Source: Chiloscyllium plagiosum
Lineage: Eukaryota
Direction: 5' to 3'
NCBI RefSeq assembly: GCF_004010195.1
Contig: NC_057719.1
Coordinates: 58,091,823 to 58,155,822, forward strand
Length of the DNA: 64,000 nucleotides
Below are positions 12,047 through 23,250 of this stretch, piece by piece. The notes under the pieces were generated by a model. It had not been told where the DNA came from, searched no databases, and saw only the letters and a list, made by a program, of their open reading frames with translations. The position numbers were made by a program, and so were the translations under genes. Position 1 is the first letter of the stretch, and the number at the start of each line of letters is the position of its first letter.

Positions 12047-12459
12047 CCTGTTAAATTGTAAGTCACCTTTAAACTGCGTGATTTTCAGCTGCAGGACTGC
12101 CTGATTTTGTCCAACTGCGTGCAGTCACAGTTTGTCAGTTGAACCTTGTTTTCTGTACTTATTTTCTTCTGTTCTCTGTACTGTGGGAACTTTTCTCTTC
12201 TGAAGTGCAAATCTTCTGTTTGACCCCATAGTCTTCAAGTTCGTATAACCACCTCTATTATTTTTAACTTTAAACAGAACAATTACTGCTGTACAACATT
12301 TGGTATGTTCTTGTTCTCTTGAAATGTAACACAAATGATGTACATGGTTCAATTTCCTTAAATTTCTGGGAGCTTAATTTACAACTAAATGAATATAGAC
12401 AGTACAGAGTAATCTCTAGATGTAGCCTTTGTCTAGGGTATTGCAATTTTTTAAAAAAA

Positions 12460-12810
12460 ATTATTCATTCCTGGGATGTGGGTGCCACTGTATAGACACC
12501 AGCATTTATTGACCAACTAGAATTGACTAAGTGACAGCTAAAAATCAATCACACTGTTGTGAATCTGGAACTAAATGTAGGCCAGCTCAGATAAGGACAG
12601 ATTTCCTTCTCTAAAGGAGATTAGTGAACCAGATGGATTTTTACAACAACTGCCCTTAGGCTACCTTTTTAAAAATATAATTCAGACTTTTATTTAATTC
12701 AAATTTCAACGTCTGTTGGGGTGGGATTCAAACTCATGTTCCTTGACCATTTCCCTGGGTTTTTTGGATTATTTGTCCAATGACATTACCACTACATCAC
12801 TGTCTCCCCC
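12460..12810 (-). mobile_element. tRNA-derived SINE (family C) with LINE-derived 3' tail
   Basis: Minus strand starts GGGGAGACAGTGATGTAGTGG and has B-box-like GAGTTTGAATCCC; ends AATAAATGCTGG...CCCACATCCC, like the 3' end of the second LINE family. Confidence 0.7.
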
Positions 12811-14229
12811 TAAATGAGAGATGGTTCTTGATCATATGATACTTGGTTCATCTGCATGATAAGCCTCTTGAAAATACATCACTATTAAAGCAATAAAACA
12901 AGTCAGAATATTTATGAGGTAACACACTTCAGACAAAGCCCAAACCTCTCAAATAGAGACTTTTAACTGAAAACATTAGTGACAATATTAAAGACCAGGG
13001 GGAGAAAAAAAAATTCAGTGGCATATTTAATTATATTATTTTGAGTTATGTAATATGTAAAATTTCTATGTTTTGTGAAAAAGCATGTAATATGTTGAGA
13101 AACTACATGCCAGATGGAATACTTTTAGTAATGCATATAACATCCCAAATAATTTATTTTGTCCTCTCCATTCTATATGTAGAATTTCATGTTCCAGAAT
13201 AATGCACAGGGAATTATAGTGTGCATATTTTATAAGTATGAACTTACATTGCTGGGAATGCTGGTATTAATGATGTATGCCTGCACACCATTCCCGGAGT
13301 TATTTACAAACTGGAATTTAGATTCTTGGATAGAATATAGAATTCTAAAAGACATTTATCATTCAAGCTGTTTGGGAGCAGTACAGAGAGAAAACCTACT
13401 GGCAGTGACTTATTACCCCATCTCATACAGATTAAGAAATGAAATGAAACGAACCTACAGCACAGAAGGAAGCTTACTGATATAAATGATTTGTGCTGGT
13501 GTTTATACATCATATGAGAACCATTTTGGACAGCCACCATACTATTCCTCATTTCCTGTATTCCTTTCACCCTCATGTATGCATCAAGCTTTTCCTTGAA
13601 TATAATAATGCCTTTTGCTTCAACTACTACATGTGATAGTAAGGTAAAGCGAGCAAAAGTCATTTAATATCAAAGACCTTTTAAAATATTTTGCGAAACC
13701 ATCCAATTTTCCCCTATACTTTTTTGATAATTGTCATTATGATAAGAATAACAATTAGTTGAATTTAGCTAGTTGCTGGGACATTAACTTGAGAAGCAAG
13801 GAAAAAAACTAGTATAAATCATGGGCCCCTCCTATGTTAAATATCCCAGTTAAGATTGATTAAACATGTTTTATTTGGAATTCAGATTGAAATTAGGGGG
13901 ATTTAGTTGAAAGTCCACTCCTTGCTTCTAGGCCACCCAAGGTTTTTTTTATGCTTTAAACAGTGTATAATAAAGTTATTTTCGATCTCTGAGGTCATGC
14001 ACTTTTTGTTATAGGAACCACAAGTTCAGTTAAAGCAAGTGAACTGCATTAAGGGTTCAATAGATACTCAAAACACTAATAGAAGAGTTGTCAAAATGTA
14101 TAAATTAACACAGTTGAAATGTTTCTACTTGTTACTTCATCATACCCTATAATAACTGCAAGTTGTACGACAAAGTTACAATTTGACACAAGGCAAAAAA
14201 ACATGATTTTAAATCACTCAACAGTTCTT

Positions 14230-15020
14230 AGTGGGTAAATATATAAGATGCCAAATATACCAAAAATATTTCACATGTTCAAAATAGAAATTCAAGCAAT
14301 GCCACTTTCACTTTTCTATTATACACTTTGAGAAAGATAGTGGATTTCATGCAACATTAACATTTTTTGAAGACCACAGTTTTTAAATTTAATGTTTGTT
14401 ACTATCTGAGATATAGCTTTTACCAGACCATGAACTGTCAACTTCCAAACATGATCTGCATCAAAGACGGCATGAACATATTCCCCAGATACCATTAATA
14501 TCAAGTTTTGATCAACCAAAAAAGATTGGACTTTGTGAATGCATGAAAGATTCTTCACAGAAAAGAGACTAAAAGATACTCTGATCAGAAGTTACAACAT
14601 TGTATTCAGTAATCTAAATCATCAAAGTATCCCTGATCAATGAATAGCAACATTTTCATGAGTCAAAACATTGTGAGCCAACAAAAAGCCTGGACAAAGC
14701 TCTATGAGCTAACTACATTTGGTTTCCCTCAAAATACTTACTAATTAAGCATCTGATATCACATTTATGAAAACAATAAAAGACATATAACATTTCAAAA
14801 AGGGGTGCTGAAAGGATTAAAGCAGTTCGATTGTATTTCCAAATGTAACGATGTTGGAAACTGAAGTATGCAATTCTTGAACAACAATCCTTGACACACA
14901 AAGTGCTCAAATAAATCCCAGGACTAGATGATGAAACCTAACATTCTTTCTTGTTTGTTCTTTTTCCTTTTCTAACCACCTTTTTTCAGCCTCTTTGGAT
15001 TATTGATAATGCACAAGCCT
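14230..15020 (-). pseudogene. Probable P-element/THAP9-like transposase fossil
   Basis: Collinear motifs across frameshifts: SPGIY, PGFLLAHNVLT..LIRDTL, YNVVTSDQ, VHAVFDADHVWKL (DxxH), IKFKN..QKM....LSQSV. Confidence 0.5.
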
Positions 15021-16570
15021 CCAATAAGGCCTGTTGTTAGCCATCTTGTGTTATTAATGCAAAACATTTTCAAGCCTCCTTTGTAAACATGTTAAACTTG
15101 AGGTTGTGTCAATACCCTTAGCATCTGTTAGTTCTCTATAAAAAAAAAGTATAAGATCTGACATTTATCTGACATAAATGAACAAACCACTGGAGAAATC
15201 TGTGGCTGAAAAAGGTTATCACTATTGGCAACTTGGCCTATTCTAACTACTTTGATACCTGAAACTTTCTTTTCTAACTCATTATTTAGACTTTGGTGGA
15301 TATAATGGGTTTAATCTTTTCATGCTTGCTGTGTATAGTTCATGTTTCACAAGCATACAGTGGAATAGCCATTAAATATACTTGGTAGACCCACAATGGA
15401 GTCCTAATTTTTTTCAAATCACTTGTTATCCTGTGGCTGGGATCAAAAACACTGCCTGCACTCTTTCAAACAAGCAGCAGCACTCTGGGCAGGGTTTTAC
15501 AGGTAGCAGTCAATTAAAGGGCCACTGCTGGGAGTATTGTTATTTGAGGATGGTGATCTGCCTCTCAGAGCTACTGACTCAAACAACAAAACAGTGTCAC
15601 TGATAGGGATAGTGGTTACAAAAGAAAGAATGCTCAGGGGCCATCGAAATCTAGCTGAGGTTTTCTCCTGACTGTTCTAGTGCCAGGCAGGCTGGCCTCA
15701 GTGATCAGAAGGATGGACTCTTCATTACAGGAACAACAGCTGCAGTCTCTTTTGGTCATCGATGGACTGCTCCCTCCCAAATGAAAGCTCTCATCTTTCC
15801 AGAACCAAATGGGAAGCCACCTCATTACATCTTCTGCCATTTGCAGGCAGTAGGATCCATCTGGTGCCAGTGACTGTGTTGCTTGGCTTGGGCTTGAATA
15901 GGGTGGGGATGATGGAGAGAAGAGGAAAAGACGGTGACGACTGTATACCTCAGGTCAACCATGCCACTGCCTTTCTCACTTGAGAATATTCTGTGGCAAT
16001 TGTTGAGCAACCTTCCTGATGTTTTTAACTGCCATTTTACTGGCCCACATGCCTTCACAGACAATGTCCAGAATAGACAAGCAGATATCCCGAGCCTTGC
16101 TATTCACTGATAATATTCTATTTATGATACCACACATATTTAGCTCCCTGTTGATACTGCTATGAATTTGAAAACAACAAGCTGAACCAAAGGGTCTGTT
16201 TCCATGTTGTATGACTATGACTCTGAGTGTTGCTGTGGGGTGGGGTAAGGATGGCACAGCCAACTACCTAATACTTTCTCCACAATGCATTTGGCTCCAA
16301 ATCTTATTTAACTAAAACCTAGATGTTAAGTACAATTCCTGACTAATTATATTCTAGTAGGATCATTTCAGGCCACCAAATGCAGCTTACTTCTGCTAAT
16401 TGACAATCCACCTCTCAGCCTTGCACTTCCGAGATCACCACCCAACCTGTGCTCACATACATTGGCAATAACTACTATCTGAAGTTATATGTTATAAACC
16501 ACACAAATACTTCACTTATTTGTCATAATGATAGAGACATAAGTAGTTCCAAATCAAAGTCACTAGTTAG

Positions 16571-16671
16571 TGTTTGGATGAAAGATCATCGGACCTGAAA
16601 CATTGAATCTGTTTTCTCTCCACAGATACTGCCAGCCTTGCTGAGTTTCTCAAGCAATTTCTGTTTTTGTT
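16571..16671 (+). mobile_element. PLE terminal mini-element (second subfamily) with degenerate hammerhead
   Basis: GGATGAAAGATCATCGGACCTGAAACATT...CACAGATACTGCCAGCCTTGCTGAGTTTCTC; 11-bp TSD TCACTAGTTAG (16560-16570, 16672-16682). Confidence 0.75.
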
Positions 16672-19600
16672 TCACTAGTTAGCCCTGGAAGTCAAGTAGT
16701 TCTGTCACATGGCAGAAAATCTCAAGGTTGTTCGAAACAGGATAAATATTTCTGAGAGACATTATAAAATTGCAATGAACTAGTTAATCCCTTGTGATAC
16801 TGCATGACTAGTTTCCTTAATGATTGGATATAATTGGATCAGAACGTGAGATATTATTACAAATACTATTTAAAAATCATATGTTTTATTTTAATATTTG
16901 TAGTTTAAATTTCAATGTGTGTGTACATTCTAACATTGATTGGTACATCTTCGAAGTACACTGCTTAGTGGTAAGAACCTACAGAAAGCTTGCCTTTTTT
17001 CCTAATGAGTTACCCCGTTGTCACATAGCTTTTCCATACTTGCTCTCCTTATGGGCCTGTGACCATTTTTCACTCTCTATCTACCTCATGACTCATGGCA
17101 TGTATCACCTGAGCTTTCAACAGAGTCTCTTCAGGAGAGGTGAGTTCACTTCCAATTTGACATCATCAGGGAGAAGGCTAGTAAGTTGTTTGAGGAGAAA
17201 AATCAATGGTTTTGGCTAAGGTTCTCTCATCCAATCAGTACTATGCGTTAAAATAGAGCAAGAAAATGTGGCAGAAGTAAAAGCTGTGTGCCCATCGCTG
17301 ACCATAATTTTAAATGCACTAAATTTCTAGCCTGCCTTTAATATCAATGATTCAGTGAGACACACAAAAAAGCTAGTGAATAATTTACATTAGCCAATGA
17401 AATTGCTAGAAAGCAATACCTCACTTAAATAAGCACTTTTGGACAATGAGTTCATGAATATGTGACTCTTACTATAATATATAAAAATAAATGTATCATA
17501 CAATAAGGTAATCTCTTTATATTGACATTACTAATAAAATCTCTTCATTTTAAATTAATTTATTGGTGAAATGATTATCACTAAGCCACTACTGAATGGA
17601 TTGTTGAAGGATGCTAGGGATTTTGTTTATGAAGTACAATTACTCCTTCAGTACCTCTTGCTCCAAATTTTAATATATTTGTAAACTAAACCAATAACTT
17701 CAACAGATGATCATAACTGTACTTGACGCTTTAAAAAGTGCATTTAAAATAATATAGTATCGCTAATTACTGAACCTTTCCTTACAGAGCCACATTAAAA
17801 AAAAACTTAACAGCAGTTGCTTGTAAGCTGGTGTAAAGACATGGTATATGTTGAGAAGGGGCAAATCTTACTCAACAGGGCATTCTTCAATTCCCAAGGT
17901 ACTCATAAACGACTCATAGACTGATGACCTTTTCAGAGCTATCCAGGAAAATACCTAACCATGTAAAAATGCCTGTCTAATTTATTGATTCATTCTGGAC
18001 CATCATGAGAAACTCTTGAGGCCTGCAGTTCCTTACCCTGAGGCATTGTGGCCATATTTGACATTTACTGAAAGTGCCTGACTACATGGAGGCCCTTGGT
18101 ACCCGCTGGTGCAATTCTCTAGCACAATGTTTATCTTGGATCAGCCTTCCAGCCAACTGTTTGTAATTGACCCTCTACAGGGACAAGTTAGGATATGAAC
18201 ATGAACGTTTTTTCTTAAACTCTATCAGTATTTATTTCCAGCCCCCTTCATTCCCATCCACTTTGGCTCAGACCCAAGCTGCTGTCATGATGCAAAGCAG
18301 TTTTAAAAGCAGCTCCTGAAAAAGTTCAGGCTCGCAGTTTATGAAGCCATGCAATGTCTGTGCTTACAATAGTCACCGTTCCACCTTGTATGACAGAAAG
18401 CACACCTAATTATTACATCAGTAATTTCTGCAAGCAAAATGTCAAACTGACATTTATCTCCAGATCAGTCATCAGTCAATTTGACATACAAAGCACATAT
18501 ACAATCACAAAATTGAAACTACGGATGTGCAAACTTTCAAAGGTTCTCTTCCTAAGGGCAAGTAATGCCAGATCCACATTTACCAAATTCAGCACCACAT
18601 TGAAACTTGCTTTCAATTCTCTGGACAATGAAAGTTAAGATTGATTCAGTAAATTCATCTTAATTTAGAGAGGATGAAGGCTTTCACATGGAACACACCA
18701 GGATTTAATCATTCCAAACCTAAATAATGCTCACAGAAAACCCCCTCTGTTACTCAAGCATTGTTTGTTTTTCTTTAACTTTCAGTTTGAACAGTACAAT
18801 TAGTGTACATTTTGATTCTGATTTTCAGCTTTCTGATTAAAACTGGCACAAATCCCTGGGTATTCAGGATTAATCCAAGCAAGCATCAAATTTTTACTGA
18901 AAACAAGCTAACTTGGACTCCTTCTGGTAACATGGATTAAGATGGAAATATTGGCAGCTGATAGCACATTTTTTCTTAAAAGCAAGCCAAACTGACATTA
19001 AAAAAATTAAACAAGTAAATTAGCCTGCTAAAGATCTGCATATGCTTAAAATAATAGGATTGGCAAGCTAATCAGCCACTCAAAAGGGAGGCTTGGCTGA
19101 GCTCTCAATTACAACACTGTAAAGTTAGCTTCTGTCAGCCTTTTAAGGTAGTCTGTACAGTATATTTTCATTTGCAAACACTCATATAGTTACGGGCAAA
19201 GCCATAACAGTATTAAATTAATTGGGTACATTCCACAAGAAACTAAAAATTATTAGATTTTAAAGATGGAACATTGTTCCTTTTATTAAAAAAAGCAAAA
19301 TATTTACTTACCCTCATTTAAACTCAAGGTCATAAAAATAAATTGAATCGGTGCCAATTTGTAGTAAGGCCTGCCCATACAGGTCCAATTTACCTTCTTT
19401 CTCCACAAGGGAAACAAATCTTCATCTAATGGGAAGAGTGAGTCTTTTAATTTTTCCTTTTTTCAATGTTAATGTAAACCTATTACTTATGTCGGCTTCT
19501 TAAATTTCATATTGAAATAATTATGGAATCAATTTTCAAATCTGGCCGTCCCATCATATTTTGCCTGTTCTCCAGGTCAACTGGAGCAACAGACATGATC

Positions 19601-20149
19601 GTGAGTCTGCTACATCTGTCACCATCCCATGTGCTGTCTGGGAAATGGGGTCACGCTGCAGGTGGGCAAGAATATACAGCTGCACTCTACACAGCCCACC
19701 CATGTGCAAAAGTGGCACTAAGCAGGTACAACTACTTGTGTTATTCCACATTCCATAATTAGTAAGTTAGAAATAAAAACTCTTACATTTTTGTTTATTG
19801 TTGGTGGAACTGCAGAATCAGTAATACTACTATTAGCACCACCAAGTTAAGACTAAAGTTCAATTCTTATTACTGTCACTCTCATTAGTAAAGTATTTAA
19901 CTGCAAATACAGATCCAAGAGAAACACTAGCTGCATCTGCTGCAGGTGTACTTCAACAGATTGTATGTGCAGAAAAGGTAATGTATATAAACTTATGTGA
20001 GGAAATGAAACATATTCCAATCACCATGATCAAGGAATTTCAGGTGGACAGTAGCATTGCTACCTTCCTCAGTTCTCCTTTGCAACTGACTTCAACACCA
20101 CTTCACAAAAGAATCCATTGAACAATAATAAACTTTCTCCTTCAACTTC

Positions 20150-20420
20150 CAAAATTCAGATACTTGAAAAGTTTAAAATCGATAAGGAAGAGGTATTAAA
20201 TAAGCTCCCTGTATTTACAGTTGTTAAGGTACAAGCATCGGTTGAGGGGAGAGTGGAAATTGCAGAGGAACTGGCCATAATTTTCCTCAGACTTGAGTGG
20301 TGGCAGAGGAACGAAGAATTCCAGATCCTCTGCCTGTGTTCATAAAAGGGCATAAAAATAAGCCCAGCAGCAAGAGACCAATCCGTTTATCTTTGGGGGT
20401 GGGAAGTTTTTAAAAACAAT
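20150..20420 (+). mobile_element. Old CR1 ORF2 fragment
   Basis: IDKEEVLNKL..VEIAEELAIIF, followed by a PLFKKG/NYRP-like remnant. Confidence 0.6.
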
Positions 20421-21369
20421 GGGTGAAAGTTTTTGAGGCCTTGAATGATGCGGGAAAAGGCAAGACAGTTGGGAAATTACAATGAGAACAGAAAAATGAG
20501 AATCAAGAAAATGTTCAATTTTCTGTGCAAGGTTTTAATGCTTCAAGAATCTCACCAGTGAGAGGCCTATTTGCACACATTTATATTTCATTATGACATA
20601 AACTCCCCTCATTCATATACAGCTTGCTTTTTTTTCAAAAAGCAGTGAGAAACTAGGTGCTGCCAACAGCCAATATGCAAATTACAGCTGCAGTTCACTG
20701 GCATCATTTCTGGGCATCAATTTTAGCCAGCATCTTCAGGTTTGTTCCATGCACAGTGACTGCCTGCATCTTGCATACACAGAGGTTGGTGTCGAGGAAG
20801 CACCTGGCTCTCCAAATCATCTTTGACTCAGTTATAATGCAGTTCAATACCTCAGTATTGCACTGTGGAGCTCACCAACACCTTCCATTGCAGTGCTGCT
20901 GCCAAGCTGAATTGCACAGTGGGACAAACATCACTGCGCTAAAACAGAGTCCATTTCAGGGCTTTTAGCTTTCATTTTAGTGTTTGCTCATAGTATCTTT
21001 GCCTCCTTGACCAGCTGCAGAGAGGGGACTGTGGTGTGCTCACCAGATTGTGCTCCCAAATCTAATCTAATCTATAGCACCAAAGTGTCAGTATTTTAGC
21101 TGGTGGAGAGTGCAGGATACACTCCTGGTCATGGTTTCCTCTGTGACATCTTTCTCAAAGGTGGGTGAAATGGTTTTAGGTGGAGATGGTTTAAGGTTGG
21201 AGTTTGTATGGATGCCATTCCTGGCTGTAGAAGTCAAGAGAAGAAATGAGTTGCAAAATAGGAAAAGAAGATTGCTGTACAGCAGCACAGCATTTGACAA
21301 TTAAGCTTATTTGGGTGCTAGGATGTGGAGGTTTGGCATCACCACATAAGCAGCCACCATCTCTCCAGA

Positions 21370-21930
21370 CTAGGCAAGGATTTTCTCCTCTAGGGAGTGA
21401 GCAGACAAATGTTGGGCACCCAGTCACCCATCATTATCTTCTCTTTCCTCTGTGAGCTTCTGTGGTGGCTGTTTCTTCCTGCAATGAGATAAGGACATGG
21501 ATGAAATGAGGTGAAGTGGCTGGCACAGTATTACTTATAGTGCTGGTGGAAGAAAGATGGTGAAGTGTCCTAAGTGAATGAGTAAGAAATGCAGAAAGCA
21601 GGGAATGACAGACATGTGGTGGCTGAGAGTGAGTGATGGAAGATGCTGCATGCAACATTGAAAGTGGTAGATGATGAGCTTAGAGGGTGATGAGTATAGT
21701 AGTAGAGTGAGCATGCAGTAGCAGAGAGAAGATGGCAGCACCTGTCTTTGCAAATAAGAATTACTTAGCTGGCACTGCTTGGTCTTCCTCCAAACTGTGG
21801 ACACTGAAGTGACCTGGGTGGCAATTTCAAGCTGGTATGATCTGGTGCCATGTCTTCTCTTCTACCCCTGAGGAATAAGAACGGCTTTTCTGTCCACCAC
21901 TCCATTTTGATTCTATATGCCATCTCCTTA
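21370..21930 (-). pseudogene. Harbinger-associated Myb/SANT-like gene fossil (spliced)
   Basis: NGVVDRKAVLIPQG..EIATQVTSVSTVWRKTKQC, then a TTGCAG acceptor and ..VPNICLLTP; paralogous to 45980-46530. Confidence 0.55.
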
Positions 21931-22336
21931 TCAATTTTTCACAAAGTGGAAATTTGAACTCTAATTCCTGGCTTCTGTGATTGACCTTGCATTGAGCTGG
22001 GCTTTAAAAATACCTCAGCAGCCAGAAACCTGATGATTGAGGAGCATTCCCACCACTGATGACTTCAAGATAGTGCAACAGCAGCACTTGGAGGCTTGGT
22101 GCAAAGTTAACAAGGTGAGCACCATAAAAGTGTGAGAAAAACTCACTAACAAAGTCCAATAATTCAGACCAAAAATTCAAACCAAAACTAACATTCATTC
22201 AGGCAAGTCGGTTAATTAAGTAAAGTCAGGATGTTAAGGCAAAACATTCTAACAAACTTGAAGTTTTTTGATGAGGTAACAGAAAGCCTTGATGAGGATA
22301 ATGCTGTCGACACGGTGTACAGTATATGGACTTCCA

Positions 22337-23250
22337 CATGGAAGTCACTGAGTGTGTGACATCAGCGATGATGTGAGGGGCGGAAGTGATGTCACATATG
22401 GTGCATGAGGAATTGTGAGGGGCGGAAGTGGCTGTGGAAGTGGCCATGATGGGGGCAGAAGTGATGTCATCAATCACCGTGGTGATGGCACTGCAGCAGC
22501 CGCATGGCTGATGGCATCCGAGCAATTCCAGAGGCCGAGGGAATCTTCTGGAATGTTTGACGAGTGCTGGTTATGGAGGTGGGTTTATAAAAGTTTGTTG
22601 TACTTACAGTTTTTGATGTTTGAGATGGTGTTGAAATACTGTTTGTTGAGAGTATGAATTCTCCTGACAATATAGCACAGAAGGGGTCCTTTGCAATTCT
22701 GAGAGAGTGTGGCCCTCAGCTGTGGCAGGGCTGACTGTAGAGAGGTTAGGTGCCGGTGCATGGCTTTGAGTGTGGAGCGAAGGATCTTTAAGGAGAACCG
22801 TTGTTGGTGTTTTTGAATCTGTAGTCTGTACTGTTTGTCCTGTTCGGTTCCGAATTCTGCTGGTTTAAAGGTGGTCCGGAGTCTGTGTGGGATGAGTTGG
22901 TTATGGAGACAGGCACTGAGAAAGCAAATGTGGCTGTGATAGCGAGTCTGTTTCAGGACATGGTTGAAGAGCTTCAGGGCAGAGGCGATGACCTGGGGTT
23001 GTCGTGAGAGAAAGAGAGAGAGAGAGACTCACTGAGATTCTTGTGGAGAGAGGAGGAAAACTTCTTCAAGGCAGGCATCCTTGCAAGAGGACTCGCAGTA
23101 AGAGTTAAAATCAACGAGGTAAAAACAAGGACTGTGGATGCTGGAAACCAGAGTCTAGATTACAGTGGTATTGGAAAAGCACAGCAGGTCAGGCAGCATC
23201 TGAGGACCAGGAAAATCAACGTTTCGGGCAAAAGCCCTTCATCAGGAATA
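22337..23250 (-). mobile_element. PLE segment: hammerhead terminal module, 5'UTR and N-terminus of the PLE ORF
   Basis: Minus strand starts TATTC-CTGATGA-A-GGGC-TTTT-GCCC-GAAACGTT and runs through the shared tail. ATG at 23078 (MPALKKFSSS), then QVIASALKLFNHVLKQTRYHSHICFLSACLHNQLIPHRL...KYNKLL and a T/S-rich linker. Confidence 0.8.
23214..23249 (-). ncRNA. Minimal hammerhead ribozyme motif (PLE-type)
   Basis: CTGATGA (23245-23239), GGGC/GCCC stem II, GAAACGTT. Confidence 0.75.

Noticed and set aside
18037..18118. EGF-like exon (NCTSGYQGPPC) on the minus strand
   Set aside because: Only two cysteines, and phase-incompatible with the neighbouring candidate exon.
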